A stretch of 60,837 nucleotides of DNA, counting the filler. It is 5 parts of 5 records of this genome, joined end to end, with 100 filler letters (N's around TTAATTAATTAA, not from the genome) between each part and the next. Parts side by side here need not be neighbours in the genome. Positions count along the whole stretch, not along the records: positions 51,468 to 60,837 come from DRR723986_9653; 4 more parts are not named here. One strand, 5' to 3'. A program made the translations under genes and the position numbers. This document shows positions 58,881 to 60,837 of this stretch, piece by piece (the first letter of the stretch is position 1; each line of letters starts with the position of its first letter). A model generated the notes under the pieces. It was not told where the DNA came from. It searched no databases and saw only the letters and a list, made by a program, of their open reading frames with translations.

Positions 58881-60707
58881 ATGCAAAAACTAGTACTACT
58901 TGTGTCTTCCTTGGCATTTTGTTTAAGCGTAAATGCCCAAACAGACACTACCACCCAAGAATTAGGAGAAGTTTTGATTCAAGAAAACAGGATCCAACTT
59001 CCTTTTTCAAAGCAAAGCAGAAATATCTCTCTGGTCAGTAAACGTCAAATAGAAACTACGCCAGCCCGAAGTTTAGCCGAAGTTTTATCCTTTGTTCCTG
59101 GAGTTGATGTCCGTCAAAGAGGTGTCACCGGGGTGCAATCCGATATTAGTATCCGTGGTGGCTCTTTTGAGCAAACGCTGATGCTGCTAAATGGAATCAA
59201 ACTCAGCGATCCGCAAACAGGCCATCACATGATGAACATACCTGTCCCGCTGGTGAATATCGATAGAGTTGAAGTACTGAAAGGCCCAGCTTCAAGAGTT
59301 TTTGGTCAAAATGCTTATGCTGGAGCGATTAATGTCATTACCGAACTGAGCGATAAAAGATACGCAAGAGTACAAGGATATGCTGGCGACTTTGGAATGA
59401 AAGGAATCAACTTCGCCGGCTCTCTACCCATAGGGAGCTACAAGCAAAATCTGGCGATTTCCTACGATGACTCTAATGGACATTGGTACAACTCAGACTA
59501 CCAGGTCAGTAATATATTCTACGAAGGGGGAACTAACCTCAACGAAAAAAATGAGCTAAAAGGGATGATTGCCTACACAGATAGAAGTTTTGGAGCCAAT
59601 GGTTTTTACTCCAGTTCCTTTCCAGACCAGTGGGAAAGTGTGCAAACTACCTTAGCCTCCTTGAGTCACACTCTTACGTTGAACAACTTTTACTTGAACA
59701 CCCGAGGCTACTTTCGAAGAAATCAAGATGAGTATGTGCTCAAAAGAAATGAGCCTTCTTTTTACCAAAACTTTCACACCACCGATGTCTACGCGTTGGA
59801 GGCAAATGGGAATTTTGAGACAAAACTTGGCACAACTGGCTTTGGAGTAGAAACTAGAAAAGAAACGATCGAAAGCACTAACCTTGGAAATCGTGATCGA
59901 GTTTTAACAGGAATCTTCTTGGAGCAGATGGTTACCTTCGGTTCGAAAGTAGATTTGAGAGCTGGAGTTTATTCAAATTATTATTCAGAATATGGCTGGA
60001 AGCATTTCCCAGGTGCTGAACTCGGCTTTCAAGCGACAACCGACTTTAGATTATACTCAGGATACGGAATCAGCTATCGTATCCCCACCTACAACGATCT
60101 CTATTATGTGGGCCCTACGAATATCGGGAATGATCAACTGGTACCTGAGCAGGCTCAAAACTTTGAGATTGGAGCAAAATGGTCGAAATCCGGAATTTTT
60201 GCAGAACTGGTTTACTTTAACAGAAGTACTGACAACCTAATCGAATGGACTCGACCTGATGCAGACACACCATGGCAACCACAGAATTTCAGTCAAGTTA
60301 AATTCAATGGAATTGAAGCTTCATTAAATTATAGAATTAGCCCTAATGGCAAAACTTTACACATCAAAGAATTTAACCTATCCTATAACTACCTCGACGC
60401 AGATTTAATCAATCAGCCTGGAATCGAGACTAGATACGCATTGACAGCTTTGAAAAATCAGCTGATTGGCGGAATCCTCATTGGGATTGGCCAAAAGCTG
60501 GAGTGGAATACAAAGATGAGAAATGTAGAACGAATGAATCAGGACCCCTATTTCCTTCTGGATATGAGAGCAGATTATAATAGAACAGGAAAAATCGGAT
60601 TCTTTGTAGAAGCATCCAATATCACAGACACTGATTACGTGGAAGCTGGAACTGTGCAAATGCCAGGGAGATGGTTTAGGGCTGGATTCATGTTGAATTT
60701 AGAATAA
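58881..60707 (+). CDS. TonB-dependent receptor (plug + barrel, BtuB-like size)
   Basis: Signal peptide, VPGVDV, SIRGG, IDRVEVLKGPASRVFGQNAYAGAINVIT, MPGRWF. Confidence 0.92.
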   Translation: MQKLVLLVSSLAFCLSVNAQTDTTTQELGEVLIQENRIQLPFSKQSRNISLVSKRQIETTPARSLAEVLSFVPGVDVRQRGVTGVQSDISIRGGSFEQTLMLLNGIKLSDPQTGHHMMNIPVPLVNIDRVEVLKGPASRVFGQNAYAGAINVITELSDKRYARVQGYAGDFGMKGINFAGSLPIGSYKQNLAISYDDSNGHWYNSDYQVSNIFYEGGTNLNEKNELKGMIAYTDRSFGANGFYSSSFPDQWESVQTTLASLSHTLTLNNFYLNTRGYFRRNQDEYVLKRNEPSFYQNFHTTDVYALEANGNFETKLGTTGFGVETRKETIESTNLGNRDRVLTGIFLEQMVTFGSKVDLRAGVYSNYYSEYGWKHFPGAELGFQATTDFRLYSGYGISYRIPTYNDLYYVGPTNIGNDQLVPEQAQNFEIGAKWSKSGIFAELVYFNRSTDNLIEWTRPDADTPWQPQNFSQVKFNGIEASLNYRISPNGKTLHIKEFNLSYNYLDADLINQPGIETRYALTALKNQLIGGILIGIGQKLEWNTKMRNVERMNQDPYFLLDMRADYNRTGKIGFFVEASNITDTDYVEAGTVQMPGRWFRAGFMLNLE

Positions 60708-60734
60708 TCAACAAGTACAATTCGAACCAAGGCT

Positions 60735-60769
60735 AGGCTGTTTCATATTTGAGACAGCCTTTTTTTTTT
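60735..60769 (+). terminator. Intrinsic terminator after the TonB receptor
   Basis: AGGCTGTTTCA-tatt-TGAGACAGCCT followed by a long T-run. Confidence 0.8.
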
Positions 60770-60771
60770 AA

Positions 60772-60805
60772 CAAAAAAAAAATCCCGAATAAATTATCCG
60801 GGATT
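60772..60805 (-). terminator. Intrinsic terminator downstream of the tRNA
   Basis: AATCCCG...CGGGATT hairpin with an A-run on the plus strand (U-tail on minus). Confidence 0.65.
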
Positions 60806-60810
60806 GAATG

Positions 60811-60837
60811 TGGGAGTTGAGGGATTCGAACCCCCGA
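60811..60837 (-). tRNA. tRNA 3' fragment (possibly tRNA-Val; anticodon outside the window)
   Basis: Minus strand TC-GGGGG-TTCGAAT-CCCTC-AACTCCC-A: T-arm, acceptor 3' strand and A discriminator; CCA not encoded. Confidence 0.85.

Overview
The window is not one locus. It is five unrelated contigs joined by artificial 100-nt linkers (N-runs around TTAATTAATTAA) at 9403-9502, 19550-19649, 29118-29217 and 51368-51467. Taxonomy below is inferred from gene content and composition. (1) 1-9402, alphaproteobacterial (Roseibium/Labrenzia-like): pckA end, XdhC/MocA molybdo-enzyme maturation genes, a stand-alone GcrA C-terminal-domain protein, a large GAF/PAS diguanylate cyclase, atpC and atpD. (2) 9503-19549, Roseobacter-like: gatB, S9 peptidase, bolA, J-domain protein, a two-gene RiPP cassette (56-aa Trp-containing precursor plus GrrM/OscB-type radical SAM enzyme), a class III aminotransferase and two enolase-superfamily enzymes. 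(3) 19650-29117, Roseobacter-like: ftsK end, lolA, hspQ, ggt, anti-sigma/anti-anti-sigma pair, thiolase and small genes. (4) 29218-51367, betaproteobacterial (Limnobacter-like): tip-less chemoreceptor-like protein coupled to a PAS-GGDEF-EAL protein, TetR/TolC/MFP/RND efflux operon, gdhA, histone-like protein, a two-component system and a DJ-1 + cyanate ABC + cynS operon. (5) 51468-60837, Bacteroidota: SusC/SusD pair, M1 peptidase, TonB receptor and a partial tRNA. The best candidate for an undescribed system is the radical-SAM RiPP cassette at 14815-16140. No CRISPR array, rRNA or transposase was seen. All calls come from motif recognition; no database searches were run.
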